A stretch of DNA of 63,887 nt, filler included, from Octopus bimaculoides (Eukaryota): NCBI RefSeq assembly GCF_001194135.2. It is 8 parts of 7 records of this genome, joined end to end, with 100 filler letters (N's around TTAATTAATTAA, not from the genome) between each part and the next. Parts side by side here need not be neighbours in the genome. Positions count along the whole stretch, not along the records: positions 1 to 15,643 come from NC_068996.1; 7 more parts are not named here. One strand, 5' to 3'. A program made the position numbers and the translations under genes. Of this stretch, positions 1 to 12,829 are shown piece by piece. The first letter of the stretch is position 1, and each line of letters starts with the position of its first letter. Below the pieces are notes generated by a model that saw only the letters and a list, made by a program, of their open reading frames with translations, made no database searches and was not told the DNA's origin.

Positions 1-35
1 GTGTGTGTGTGATTGTGTGTGTGTGTGTGTGTGCG

Positions 36-85
<50 letters not shown>

Positions 86-86
86 T
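1..86. repeat. (GT)n/(GA)n microsatellite
   Basis: Direct dinucleotide runs; one of dozens of GT/TA/GA/CATA/CTAT/TAA/CAT arrays in the window. Confidence 0.95.
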
Positions 87-715
87 CCATGCATCCTTAT
101 GAATACATCTATGCGTGTACATACATATATGTGCACCTGTGTGTGTGTGTGCGCCGCGCATGTTTGTTTACTTTTTTTGAAAAGTTGCTGAAATGAGTGT
201 TGTAAACAACTTCGCGTCAACAACTTCCTGTTTGGAAGACGTGTAAAATCTATTAGCTTTTACTTGGAAAAAAGAATTAAGAATTACTATCAGGAAGAGC
301 AAGCATAGAAAAAAAAAACAACTAACACGAAAGAAAGAAAAAAAAAAGAATGAAAGATTATATATACACACATTAATTTAAAATGTTACCTGAATGATAA
401 TATTTTGAAAAGGGGAATTTATTATTTAATTTCATGTGTATATATAATTATATATTTATATATACACAGGTGTGTGTGTTTGTGCGCGCGTGCGTATGAG
501 ATATTGAAAAATTTTATATAATTTACTATGAAAACTTGCAGCTTCATGTCTATTAAAATACCAGTTACTGCAGAGCACAAGACCTCGTTTTGCAATTCAC
601 CTGCAATTAGCGTCTCTGGCCGACACTCACTCTCACTCTCTTTGTTGTTGTAGTTTCCCTCTACCAGCGTGACCTGAGTGCGAAGCACATTGCGTTATAT
701 TATTCCTTTATTCTT

Positions 716-915
716 TTACTTGTTTCAGTCATTTGACTGCGGCTATGATGGAGCACCACCTTGAAGGGTCTTAGTCTAACAAATCCACCTCGGAACTTAT
801 TTCTTAAACCTAGTACTTATTCTATGATTCGCTTTTGCCGAACCGCTAAGTTACGGGGATATAAAGACACCAACACCGGTTGGCAAGCGGTAAGGAAGCA
901 CAAAGAGAAGTACAA

Positions 916-918
<3 letters not shown>
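716..918 (-). mobile_element. 3' half of tRNA-derived SINE (family S1)
   Basis: Homologous to 1938-2130 and 54175-54350 (tgtttcagtcatttgactgcggc...gccgaaccgctaagttacgggga...caacaccggttg); runs into a CA microsatellite. Confidence 0.8.
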
Positions 919-946
<28 letters not shown>

Positions 947-1529
947 CATATACATATACATACATATTTATATAAATATAAATATATATANNNNNNNNNN
1001 NNNNNNNNNNNNNNNNNNNNNNNNNNNNNNNNNNNNNNNNNNNNNNNNNNNNNNNNNNNNNNNNNNNNNNNNNNNNNNNNNNNNNNNNNNNNNNNNNNNN
1101 NNNNNNNNNNNNNNNNNNNNNNNNNNNNNNNNNNNNNNNNNNNNNNNNNNNNNNNNNNNNNNNNNNNNNNNNNNNNNNNNNNNNNNNNNNNNNNNNNNNN
1201 NNNNNNNNNNNNNNNNNNNNNNNNNNNNNNNNNNNNNNNNNNNNNNNNNNNNNNNNNNNNNNNNNNNNNNNNNNNNNNNNNNNNNNNNNNNNNNNNNNNN
1301 NNNNNNNNNNNNNNNNNNNNNNNNNNNNNNNNNNNNNNNNNNNNNNNNNNNNNNNNNNNNNNNNNNNNNNNNNNNNNNNNNNNNNNNNNNNNNNNNNNNN
1401 NNNNNNNNNNNNNNNNNNNNNNNNNNNNNNNNNNNNNNNNNNNNNNNNNNNNNNNNNNNNNNNNNNNNNNNNNNNNNNNNNNNNNNNNNNNNNNNNNNNN
1501 NNNNNNNNNNNNNNNNNNNNNNNNNNNNN

Positions 1530-1685
1530 TTTTCATTCTCTCTCTATTTATTTTCTCTTATTCCTTTTTGTCGAAAAGCGTAAGCACGAAACGTAAAAGA
1601 CTTTTGCATTTTTCCCGAGCGTCAAACTAATACACCTGCTTGTTGTCCATACACCTGTCTTCGTCTTTTGTTTTTCTATAAATTT
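1530..1685 (+). mobile_element. PLE-like terminal repeat family A, copy 1
   Basis: Shares gaaacgt-aaagact...cccgagcgtca-actaataca...cacctgtc-tcgtc with 9895-10090, 52562-52667 and 60920-61112. Confidence 0.7.
1564..1599 (+). ncRNA. degenerate minimal hammerhead ribozyme motif
   Basis: CTTT-ttgtcgaa-aagc gtaa gcac-GAAAC-GTA-AAAG: 4-bp helix I and GAAAC/GUA retained; core CUGANGA mutated. Confidence 0.45.
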
Positions 1686-1697
1686 CAACTATGTGTC

Positions 1698-1735
<38 letters not shown>

Positions 1736-1772
1736 TACGTAATGTATGCATGTATATATATACACGACAGTC

Positions 1773-1895
1773 TTCTTTCAGTTTCTACAAAATACACACA
1801 CAAGGTTTTGGTGGGCGCGAGACTATAGTAGAAGACACTTTCCCAAAGGAACCATGTGGTTGGGAAGTAAGCGTCTTACCACACAACCATGCCTG
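1773..1895 (-). mobile_element. 5' (tRNA-like head) fragment of SINE S1
   Basis: Reverse complement gcaggcatggttgtgtggtaagacgcttacttcccaaccacatggttcc...gtgtcttctactatag matches heads at 2230-2402, 48930-49075 and 54400-54530. Confidence 0.75.
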
Positions 1896-1937
1896 CAAGA
1901 AACTTAATTATTCTGTTATTTTTTTAAAATCACAATG

Positions 1938-2402
1938 CTGTTGCCATGCTGGAGTAACACGTTGAAGTGTTTAGTCGATTAAATCGACTCCAGTAGTTAT
2001 GTTTTTTTTTTAAAGTCTGGTACGTCTTGTATTGTTCTGGCTTGCTGAACCGGTAAAATAACGAGACAAACGTGAACAAACCAACATTGACTCTCGAATG
2101 GTTGGGGGGGGGAAAACAATAGACACGCCCACATACATACATACATGCATACATACATACATACATACATACATACAGACACACACACACACACACATAC
2201 ATACATACATACATATATACATACATAAGCACACACTCATATTTGTTTGATGGGTTTCCACACAGTTTCCATCTACCAAATTCACTCATAAGTCTTCGGT
2301 CAGTTCAGATCTATTGTAGATTAGTTCTTCTGCCGCGCTGTTGGACTGATCTCAAAACCACGTAGTTGAAAATCGAACTTCTTAACCACACGATCATGCC
2401 TT
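1938..2402 (-). mobile_element. full-length diverged SINE S1 with internal (CATA)n/(CA)n
   Basis: Head, internal microsatellite and tail collinear with the 54175-54530 and 48650-49075 copies. Confidence 0.75.
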
Positions 2403-4034
2403 TGTCTACGCTAAATGCCCTGAAAGATACCCCTATGTCGTTGAAACCAGCTTGAGGAATCTATAAGAGAATTGCATTTAAGAAACTTTATGAAAGGTGG
2501 AAAAGATAGATCAAACATATGATTTCTTTATTGCTTAAAAAGGAAAAGAAAAACAGTCACTAAAGCGCTTGTACATATCGTATTTTTATTACTGAGCTTG
2601 TTTAAACCTCGTACTGTACAGATAAGAACGTTATTGGAATATTTCAAATGGTGGGCAGACAACTAGTGGTTATAAAAATCGGAATGATTCTAAGTTCAGC
2701 GACGTACATGGTATGTGATAATAATAAAAAGGAATGCTCATGTCATATAAATATTCTACCGTTTGCCATAAGATATCGTTTCCTTGCAGTTTAAAACATT
2801 TTAAGTCGAATAAGTACTTCGCGCGTATCAACTTAAACATACGATTCACTTGTTTAAACAATAAAGTCATTCCTTGCAGAAGAGTTATCTCTAACATCAG
2901 ACTTTTATACGAGACGGCTACAAATATTTTTCCTAAATACTAATTCTTTGTAGGAAATATCAACCAATATTTACAGTCTCCTAAAAGACTGGTGTATATA
3001 ATCAGAGTTAGAAAAAAATAAAATAAAATAAAGGGCTAGGTATTATCGGTTGCTACGAGAAGATGAATAGCTTTCTTATAAACGCTAGATATATTTTCTA
3101 CTGAAATAGCTGATCATGGTTGACTTTTGTTTTTATTATGTTGGTTGTTGCCAACGCAGACTTGCACTTGTTCTTTAACGGAATTTTTATCGATTATGGT
3201 CTATAATCAGGCTATATAATTATCTATATAAACTAATGTAACATAAAATATAAATGCCTCAGAGGACTTGCTGGAAGAAGAGAAAAGAGATAGTGTATGT
3301 GTGTGTGTTTGTGTGTATGTAGGATACAGAAAGAGAGAGAGAAGGAAAGAGAGAGAGAAGGAAAGAGAGTGAGTGAGAGAGATCATAAAGCCTAAGTCTT
3401 AGTTCAGATTTCATGATATTTAAGCTGATGAGACGTAAATCTCAATTTTGATGGCTTGCCGTTCATATTGTCACAAAACAGGCCATAATAAACACGGCGC
3501 CCAGAGACTAAAAAACAATATCTTCAAATCATTTGTGTTTCTTTTCTTTTTTTTTTCTTTTCATTCAACACCTTATCCATTCCACCATTTTGGTATTACA
3601 ATCTTTGATTTAAGGATTAATTTATTTTATTTTCACATTATTTTTGCTCATTTATTGGCAGTTTTCATCATTTGACACAAACTGTATCCGTTAATTTCTA
3701 TAACAAGAGAAAGAAGACATTTTCGTTAAAGTAGAAAAGAATGAAGAAATATGGACACAGAAAAGAGAAGAGAAGACAATAGAATATTATTCCTTGTCAA
3801 ATAAAGTAAATATTTTAGTGAAATTGTATTTTGATAATTGGCTATGATGATGATAGTGAAATATATCTGTCTCTTCCACAAGAAGTGAATGAGAATGCGT
3901 TCAAATCTGACTAAATAATCCCTGGGGCAAGAAACGACTATCAGGGAACAGTAAACCGCTATAATTCTGTACGTATCTTCTGTCTCCGAACCGTTCAGCT
4001 GTAGCTTCCTATCAGTTCACTTCTCAAAGAAATT

Positions 4035-4485
<451 letters not shown>

Positions 4486-4557
4486 CACTCACACACACAC
4501 ACATACACACACACACACACACNNNNNNNNNNNNNNNNNNNNNNNNNNNNNNNNNNN

Positions 4558-4588
<31 letters not shown>

Positions 4589-4782
4589 CAGACTACTGTT
4601 GTTGTCAGAAGTAAACAGCACTCAAGACCGATAAGGTAAGGTATGTGTGTTGCCGCAGAGGTTACCAGAAGGGTGCAAGAAGACATAAAATCGATATAGA
4701 ATGTATAAATCAGGACTTGCAGTCGGGTAAATCGATTTCAATAACTGACTGGTGCTGGGTTTCTTCTATCTATCTATCTATG

Positions 4783-4842
<60 letters not shown>

Positions 4843-4844
4843 AA

Positions 4845-6577
4845 TGAAGAGGCGGCCAGAAGATCGATATCTGACATGTATTCCCAGAGCGTTAACCTTA
4901 GCATAAGCATGAGTAAAAGCAGCAGCTAAGTACAAAGAAAAGAGAGTTGGGGCAAGGATGTCACCCTGCTTGACACCATTCTCTACAGGAATGGGTTCCA
5001 CCATGCCACCACCATTGACCCACGAAATGATTTAATTATAGACACAAAGTAATCCCGACATCCAAGTTTGTCAAGTATTTTCCGTAGCAAGGCCCTATTC
5101 ACAGTATCAATGGCCTTGATTAAATCAATGAATACCTGGTCAAGATCCATATTCTGTTCATAGCACTTCTGCGTCTGTCTTGTGAAAATCATATCCATTG
5201 TCCCTCTACCAGATCGGAAGCCACATTGAGATTCAGATAGGACATCATTTACGAGACACCCATTCAGGCGGGTAAGAAGAATATTTGCCAGAACCTTGCC
5301 ACCAGCTGATAGTAGAGCGATACCCCTGTAGTTAACACACATTGTTCCAGCTCCTTTTCCTTTATACAGAGGAAGAATAATTGCATCCTTCCAGTCCTTA
5401 GGGATTGCACCATCCCTCCAGACTACACTAATAAGTTCATGATGGGACTGTAAGATGTAATCACCACTAAATCGCAAGACCTCAGCACAAATTCCATCCC
5501 TTCCGGGGTGGTCCTACCAAGATTCAGTTTACTTATTGCTGTCATTACCTCATTTATTGAGGGCGTGGAATTTAAGGTCTTTGTGGCATATCAATCACTG
5601 TTTCATCCACAATTGACTCATGGTTCAGGAGTTCAGAGAAGTGTTCAATCCAATGACCTATGATTTCTGTTGATTTAGTAAATACGGTAGAAGTCTCCTT
5701 GGAAATCAAAGGAGCTTATGCAGAGCTCTTAGGCCCATAAACTTACTTCATAAGATGGTAAAGCTTTTGCTGTTATTTGCATCAGCAGCAGCCTGAACAT
5801 CACGAGCAAGATCCCCCCATCAAGTGTTCTGTATCTTCCTGAGAAATCGCTGCAGTAGTGATTTTACACTGCTATAGTGGGCAACTGATAGATTTCGCTG
5901 CACAGATGAAAATCCTCTGTGTTGTAATACATTGTAGGCATGGCGCCTTACAACCAATAGTTGCTGAACCTCAGCATCATTTTCATCAAACCAGTTTCTG
6001 TGTCTGGCAGTAGCATATCCCAGTGTTTCAGCAGCACATTGAAGAACCCGGTCTCGGAAATCTTCCCATACTGTAGTGTTTTCAATGCTGGACAAGCGAG
6101 TCTGAAGCTCTTTCCTCAACACAGCATCATTTATCTTGTGGATATTCAGACGCCGAGGAATGTCAACTGACCCTCTTCTCTCTTCCACTTATCATCCGGA
6201 ATTTTGCCCGCACCAGACTGTGGTCTGTCCAGCATTCCGATCCACGAAAGGACTTAACATTACAAATGTCATAGATATAATGGACATAGTCCAGAAAGTG
6301 CTAAACTTTAGACCTTGGACCTAAACTTTAGACACGTTGTTGTGTGATCACCTTTGTCAATAAAATGTGTACTTACGATGTAAAGTCCATGTTCATCGCA
6401 AAGCTCCAGTAGCATGCGATCATTGGTTTTCATTTTCCTACACCAAAACGTCCTAAAGAGTTCCATGTTTGCTTCTCTGTTCCAACACTGGCATTAAAAT
6501 TACCCAGTAGAATGACTTCATCAGAATTGGGGATTTTCCTAAGTATGACACTCAGCTGGACATAAAAGATAGGAGAA
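4845..6577 (-). mobile_element. RTE-clade LINE, disrupted (AP endonuclease to RT)
   Basis: Translations EVILLGNFNASVG (APE), RNWFDENDAEVQQLL, WKDAIILPLYKGKG...NYRGIALLS, ESQCGFRSGRGTMDMIF, FIDLIKAIDTVNR, NGVKQGDILAPTLFSLY; multiple stops and frameshifts. Confidence 0.92.
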
Positions 6578-6608
6578 ATGCTAGCATACATACATACATA
6601 CATACATG

Positions 6609-6686
<78 letters not shown>

Positions 6687-7337
6687 NNNNNNNNNNNNNN
6701 NNNNNNNNNNNNNNNNNNNNNNNNNNNNNNNNNNNNNNNNNNNNNNNNNNNNNNNNNNNNNNNNNNNNNNNNNNNNNNNNNNNNNNNNNNNNNNNNNNNN
6801 NNNNNNNNNNNNNNNNNNNNNNNNNNNNNNNNNNNNNNNNNNNNNNNNNNNNNNNNNNNNNNNNNNNNNNNNNNNNNNNNNNNNNNNNNNNNNNNNNNNN
6901 NNNNNNNNNNNNNNNNNNNNNNNNNNNNNNNNNNNNNNNNNNNNNNNNNNNNNNNNNNNNNNNNNNNNNNNNNNNNNNNNNNNNNNNNNNNNNNNNNNNN
7001 NNNNNNNNNNNNNNNNNNNNNNNNNNNNNNNNNNNNNNNNNNNNNNNNNNNNNNNNNNNNNNNNNNNNNNNNNNNNNNNNNNNNNNNNNNNNNNNNNNNN
7101 NNNNNNNNNNNNNNNNNNNNNNNNNNNNNNNNNNNNNNNNNNNNNNNNNNNNNNNNNNNNNNNNNNNNNNNNNNNNNNNNNNNNNNNNNNNNNNNNNNNN
7201 NNNNNNNNNNNNNNNNNNNNNNNNNNNNNNNNNNNNNNNNNNNNNNNNNNNNNNNNNNNNNNNNNNNNNNNNNNNNNNNNNNNNNNNNNNNNNNNNNNNN
7301 NNNNNNNNNNNNNNNNNNNNNNNNNNNNNNNNNTAAC

Positions 7338-7381
<44 letters not shown>

Positions 7382-8019
7382 TAATGATGATGATGATGAT
7401 AATGAGAAGAAGAAGAAGAAGAAGAAGAAGAAGAAGAAGAAGAAGAAGAAGAAGAAGAAGAAGAAGAAGAAGAAGAAGAAGCTAATAAGCAACAAACGAA
7501 GGGGAAAGATGAGAAAAGAAGAAGAATTTGGAGTGAAGGAAAATATAAAGAAAGTGAAAAAAAAAAATTAAAAAAACGAAGCAAAAACGATGTTATCGCA
7601 TCGATTCTGAAAGAAGCAGTTGATAGAAAATGTGACGTGGCGACGAGGGATTGGTGGCGAATACATTTATTTTCCAATATTATCTAAGATTTAATTTCCC
7701 AGATGTGTTTCAATAATAATTGACAAAATTAGAGCAGAGGTTTGTTCTTTTATGCGTGCATGTAAATACGGACACAATGTGTATACATACATACATATGT
7801 ACGTTTGTGAACTTTATATATATATATAAAGTGCCCATATATATATATATATATACGCACACATCTATTATACGTATGCACATCTTTTCCTGTCTATCTA
7901 TCTCTTTATCTATAACTTGGGTAGTTCTCTGCGTTTGAATTGTTGTTTTGAAATGCATGTAAGTGTGTAACTGTAAGTACGTTCGTGCTCGTATGATTGC
8001 AAAGAACTTTTTTCCCCAG

Positions 8020-8073
8020 ATAATTTCGCTGCTGAATTATTGTATGATATCACAAACCCTCCTTTAATTGATG
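8020..8073 (+). CDS. candidate internal exon, unidentified gene (NFAAELLYDITNPPLID)
   Basis: Strong acceptor tttttttccccag, donor G|gttaat, 54 nt, open in phase 1; no recognised homology. Confidence 0.35.
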
Positions 8074-8188
8074 GTTAATTCCCTTTAGATGGAAGCATCA
8101 AATAATTTGTACATATGTCTTGTAATTTAAGTGGAATTCAGTAGAAAGTTCGGTCGGCTTAACTTCGTACTGCTGTCATGTGTTGCAG

Positions 8189-8295
8189 GAAAATCCCGGG
8201 AGTGTAATATGCAAGTTGTTTCCTCTTACACGGAAATAGGGAAAGCCGAAATGGCATATGAAGAGAATTTCCGGAACGTGTCCTTCCACCTTCAA
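8189..8295 (+). CDS. candidate internal exon (KSRECNMQVVSSYTEIGKAEMAYEENFRNVSFHLQ)
   Basis: Acceptor tgttgcag; phase-compatible with 8020-8073 across a 115-nt intron; donor is weak. Confidence 0.3.
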
Positions 8296-8349
8296 GTTTG
8301 AGAAATGTATTTTCTCAAGAATACAATGAATAAGCAAAAGTTTACTCTC

Positions 8350-8354
8350 ATCTG

Positions 8355-8434
<80 letters not shown>

Positions 8435-8525
8435 GCTAGCTAGCTATCTAGCTAGCTAGCTATCTAGCTAGCTAGCGAGCTGTCTGTCTGTCTGTCTGTC
8501 TGTATATCTGTCTGTCTGTCTGACT
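8350..8525. repeat. compound (CTAT)n-(CTAG)n-(CTGT)n microsatellite
   Basis: Direct. Confidence 0.95.
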
Positions 8526-8949
8526 ATCCGTCCGTATGTCTGTCAGTTTGACTAACTATACACATATTTTACGAATCAGTGTGATGTGTTAAAATGAGAA
8601 GAATGGCACCTTTCTGGGCGTATTTTTGTTCATGCTATATGTGTATGCATATACCTGGGTCAATGTAGCGTGCTATGCATGTATATATATGCTTATACAA
8701 ACATGTGTGTGTGTTTGTGTTTGTGTGTGTGTGTGTGTGTGAGTGCATATGCGTGTATATAGCAGACTTCCCCATTCAAGACAACGCGTGAGTGTTGAGC
8801 GAGAAGACAGGAAAGTGAAACAAAATCCAACCAAATAGACAATCAACAACACTCACCACACTAATATTACCATTATTTTCCAATGTTTACAATTTATTCA
8901 CTTCACCTATTTGCTCCCCATGTGAGTCTTTAGGCCACCAAAAGCAATA

Positions 8950-9250
8950 TTGATATGAGCATGACTTATTAATCCAGAACGTGATCTAGCTGAGAAATCA
9001 CAATGTCTATAATGGTGGTTTGCAGGAAGACTGTTGTTCTGTTGGTTTATTTTCCCGAAAATACTCTTGATGAGGTATCATTTGAGTTCCGAACTTTTGA
9101 ACCTGGAGAAAAACACCCTCCCCTCCAGTCTGCATGGGTTCTCGCAAGATACACAGTTTTCTTTCAGAATATTCAGGCGTTTCAAATTATCTTTGAATTT
9201 TTTTCCTATACTGTAGAGGTGGCTGGCGACCTTGCCTCGTGAGGTTACAA
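8950..9250 (-). mobile_element. RTE LINE C-terminal fragment
   Basis: Minus translation has KKFKDNLKRLNI and CDFSARSRSGLISH, typical of RTE ORF C-termini; heavily decayed. Confidence 0.55.
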
Positions 9251-9323
9251 ACTAACCCCTGTCCATGTGAAGGATATGTCCACACACTACAACATCTGAG
9301 ACTTGATTAAGAATATATATATG

Positions 9324-9388
<65 letters not shown>

Positions 9389-9894
9389 ATGTATGTATAT
9401 ATACACACCTTCGAGAAATCCCGCGGAGGAAATGAGATTGTCTTCCAAAATAGAGGCGAACACCATTCTCCATGGGATCGGCTTGAAAAATTGCTAAGAT
9501 ACTTGGATATTTTCCTACTGTTCTTAACAAGAAACCAATATCTATATTNNNNNNNNNNNNNNNNNNNNNNNNNNNNNNNNNNNNNNNNNNNNNNNNNNNN
9601 NNNNNNNNNNNNNNNNNNNNNNNNNNNNNNNNNNNNNNNNNNNNNNNNNNNNNNNNNNNNNNNNNNNNNNNNNNNNNNNNNNNNNNNNNNNNNNNNNNNN
9701 NNNNNNNNNNNNNNNNNNNNNNNNNNNNNNNNNNNNNNNNNNNNNNNNNNNNNNNNNNNNNNNNNNNNNNNNNNNNNNNNNNNNNNNNNNNNNNNNNNNN
9801 NNNNNNNNNNNNNNNNNNNNNNNNNNNNNNNNNNNNNNNNNNTGTATTTATTTTTACTCGCATATATATATATAAATATATATATATATTATTA

Positions 9895-10090
9895 TGATTG
9901 ACCGTTGACTGAACACTATTCAATTTTTTTTCTCCGTGTTTTTCTCCTTGTCTCCGTATTCTTTTTGTTGAAGAGCGTAGCTCGAAACGTCAAAGGCTCT
10001 CCGTATTCCCGAGCGTCATACTAATACATCCTTTTGTTATTTACACCACCTGTCCTCGTCTGTTGTTATTATTTGTATATTCTCCCATAT
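9895..10090 (+). mobile_element. PLE-like terminal repeat family A, copy 2
   Basis: 3' ~100 bp near-identical to 52562-52667; flanked by TA runs. Confidence 0.75.
9961..9995 (+). ncRNA. minimal hammerhead motif with C3U and A6U core changes
   Basis: CTTT-ttgttgaa-GAGC gta GCTC-GAAAC-GTC-AAAG: helices I and II perfect, ACGU palindrome, GUC site. Confidence 0.55.
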
Positions 10091-10746
10091 ATATATATAT
10101 ATATTTATTTCTGGGATGCCACATTTTACAAATACGACTTTTCAGTTTAATACATTAAGAGTAATAGTAATAGCATAAAACGATTCTAGTAATAAATAGT
10201 TTTCAGCATCTATCTATTGCTAGCAATAACTGAAGTAGTGAAGGACAGTTAACCACACAGTTGCTCTTTGACCAACAACATTCGTAGCCAATGCATCCTT
10301 ACCATGTCCACCTCACTCCACCGTTTTATCTTCCAGTGCTTTAAATCACAATGGGTACACTAATTTTCAACTTCAACGTTGTATTTAATAGAGATGTTTA
10401 AAAGACAGTTGTGATGTGCCTACATTTCCTTTTTTCGTTATTGAACGAGACGCCACCTTTGTTAACGCAAGCAATTCCACCTTGTATTAAATACTATTTC
10501 CTACTATTTCGAATGATTGACAGAATATACTATCAAAAATATATATAATAAAACAAGTGCACAGATTTACAGAGGAAAGAGGATGGAGCTTGTGCTGATA
10601 CAAATACAAATAAATAATATATGCATATATATATTAATATATGCATAAATATATATGTATATTTGTATATATATATATATGTATATATATAGGTATGTAT
10701 ATATATATATATATGTATATGTATATATGCATACATATCGATCTAT

Positions 10747-10784
<38 letters not shown>

Positions 10785-11256
10785 NNNNNNNNNNNNNNNN
10801 NNNNNNNNNNNNNNNNNNNNNNNNNNNNNNNNNNNNNNNNNNNNNNNNNNNNNNNNNNNNNNNNNNNNNNNNNNNNNNNNNNNNNNNNNNNNNNNNNNNN
10901 NNNNNNNNNNNNNNNNNNNNNNNNNNNNNNNNNNNNNNNNNNNNNNNNNNNNNNNNNNNNNNNNNNNNNNNNNNNNNNNNNNNNNNNNNNNNNNNNNNNN
11001 NNNNNNNNNNNNNNNNNNNNNNNNNNNNNNNNNNNNNNNNNNNNNNNNNNNNNNNNNNNNNNNNNNNNNNNNNNNNNNNNNNNNNNNNNNNNNNNNNNNN
11101 NNNNNNNNNNNNNNNNNNNNNNNNNNNNNNNNNNNNNNNNNNNNNNNNNNNNNNNNNNNNNNNNNNNNNNNNNNNNNNNNNNNNNNNNNNNNNNNNNNNN
11201 NNNNNNNNNNNNNNNNNNNNNNNNNNNNNNNNNNNNNNNNNNNNNNNNNNNNNNNN

Positions 11257-11305
<49 letters not shown>

Positions 11306-11786
11306 GTATGCATGCACAGTTAGGGATGAAAGAGGGTGAGGGACAGAGAAATTTAGAAATATGAATATATGTATATATGTGTGTATTTGTGCGCATGTCT
11401 TTGTATATGTATATAAGTATATAATACAAGAAGGTAACTAACAAATATTTGGCGTTTAATAGATATCGATCTTTGTGACACTCCAATGTGATTGGCTAAA
11501 ATTTCTTTCTATCGCTCCTCCCCGGGAGTAAAAGATAATGCTTTGAACACAAGGCACGACTTAATGCCGATCATGAAAGGTTTCCCTCATGGATATTGCC
11601 ATGTAATTGATGCCTGAATACTTTCTCTCCTTTAGTATATTTACACTGGATAATTGAGAAGTCGCATTTTAGCTGCAGCTACTCAAACAAATTATAAAAC
11701 TATATTACCATTTCAATCTATAACGATTTCAATCTATAACGATTTGTGATACTGATGTAAGGAAAAACAGAAACCGTACGCTTCTT

Positions 11787-11951
11787 TTTGATGTATTGTG
11801 TGGATATTATTGACTCAATGCACAATATACAATACACGAGATTATGTTCAAATAGAGACTGAAGTACAACACATTCTCCATACATTATTTTCGAAAAGTA
11901 TACATGAGCAAGGAAATATATATATGTATATATGTATGTGTATGTATGTGC

Positions 11952-11984
<33 letters not shown>

Positions 11985-11989
11985 TGTAT
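11787..11989. repeat. 203-bp identical duplicate of 12604-12806
   Basis: Base-for-base identity including GT run length; second copy begins at the edge of an N gap. Confidence 0.9.
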
Positions 11990-12049
11990 GTCTATGTCTA
12001 TAAGTTCATGTGTCCGTATGTATGTATATATATATATAAAGTGTAGTAT

Positions 12050-12309
12050 ATTGCCACTTAAGTGTGGCTGACCCCTAGGGGTGGATGTTACTGTTGCTTT
12101 TAGCCCCAGGAGGACATCTCCCCCAGCTGGCTTATCGACACACTACTGTGTCCTGTTTGCCAAGGGAAGTTATCCCTCCCATCATGATCTGTAGCACGAA
12201 CGGACCCGGGTTTCAGGGTTATTTCCCTTCGTCGGCGTCCGATAGCCACTGATCCTTGATGAGAGAGATAATTTCTTGGCAATCTTATATATACTTTTCC
12301 AATGAAATT
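12050..12309 (-). mobile_element. HHR-bearing repeat element (PLE pLTR/retrozyme-like), truncated by gap
   Basis: GC-richer insert next to a TA run; shares actg(t/c)tgct...tagccc(c/t)agga(g/a)g with 12925-12945; contains an HHR. Confidence 0.55.
12197..12241 (-). ncRNA. type I hammerhead ribozyme (U4C variant)
   Basis: Minus: CGGACG-CCGACGA-AGGG aaauaa CCCU-GAAAC ccgg GUC-CGUUCG; 6-bp helix I, 4-bp helix II, palindrome ACCCGGGU. Confidence 0.75.
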
Positions 12310-12603
12310 NNNNNNNNNNNNNNNNNNNNNNNNNNNNNNNNNNNNNNNNNNNNNNNNNNNNNNNNNNNNNNNNNNNNNNNNNNNNNNNNNNNNNNNNNNN
12401 NNNNNNNNNNNNNNNNNNNNNNNNNNNNNNNNNNNNNNNNNNNNNNNNNNNNNNNNNNNNNNNNNNNNNNNNNNNNNNNNNNNNNNNNNNNNNNNNNNNN
12501 NNNNNNNNNNNNNNNNNNNNNNNNNNNNNNNNNNNNNNNNNNNNNNNNNNNNNNNNNNNNNNNNNNNNNNNNNNNNNNNNNNNNNNNNNNNNNNNNNNNN
12601 NNN

Positions 12604-12768
12604 TTTGATGTATTGTGTGGATATTATTGACTCAATGCACAATATACAATACACGAGATTATGTTCAAATAGAGACTGAAGTACAACACATTCTCCATAC
12701 ATTATTTTCGAAAAGTATACATGAGCAAGGAAATATATATATGTATATATGTATGTGTATGTATGTGC

Positions 12769-12806
<38 letters not shown>
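12604..12806. repeat. 203-bp identical duplicate of 11787-11989
   Basis: See partner copy. Confidence 0.9.
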
Positions 12807-12823
<17 letters not shown>

Positions 12824-12829
12824 ATACAT

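Noticed and set aside
761-1630. Long ORFs in the track spanning N runs (also 6430-7677, 10567-11486, 28438-29808, 50615-51446)
   Set aside because: Length comes from X residues and microsatellite translation.
3425-3445. CTGATGAGA-cgtaaa-TCTC
   Set aside because: Lacks GAAA, a cleavage triplet and helix I.
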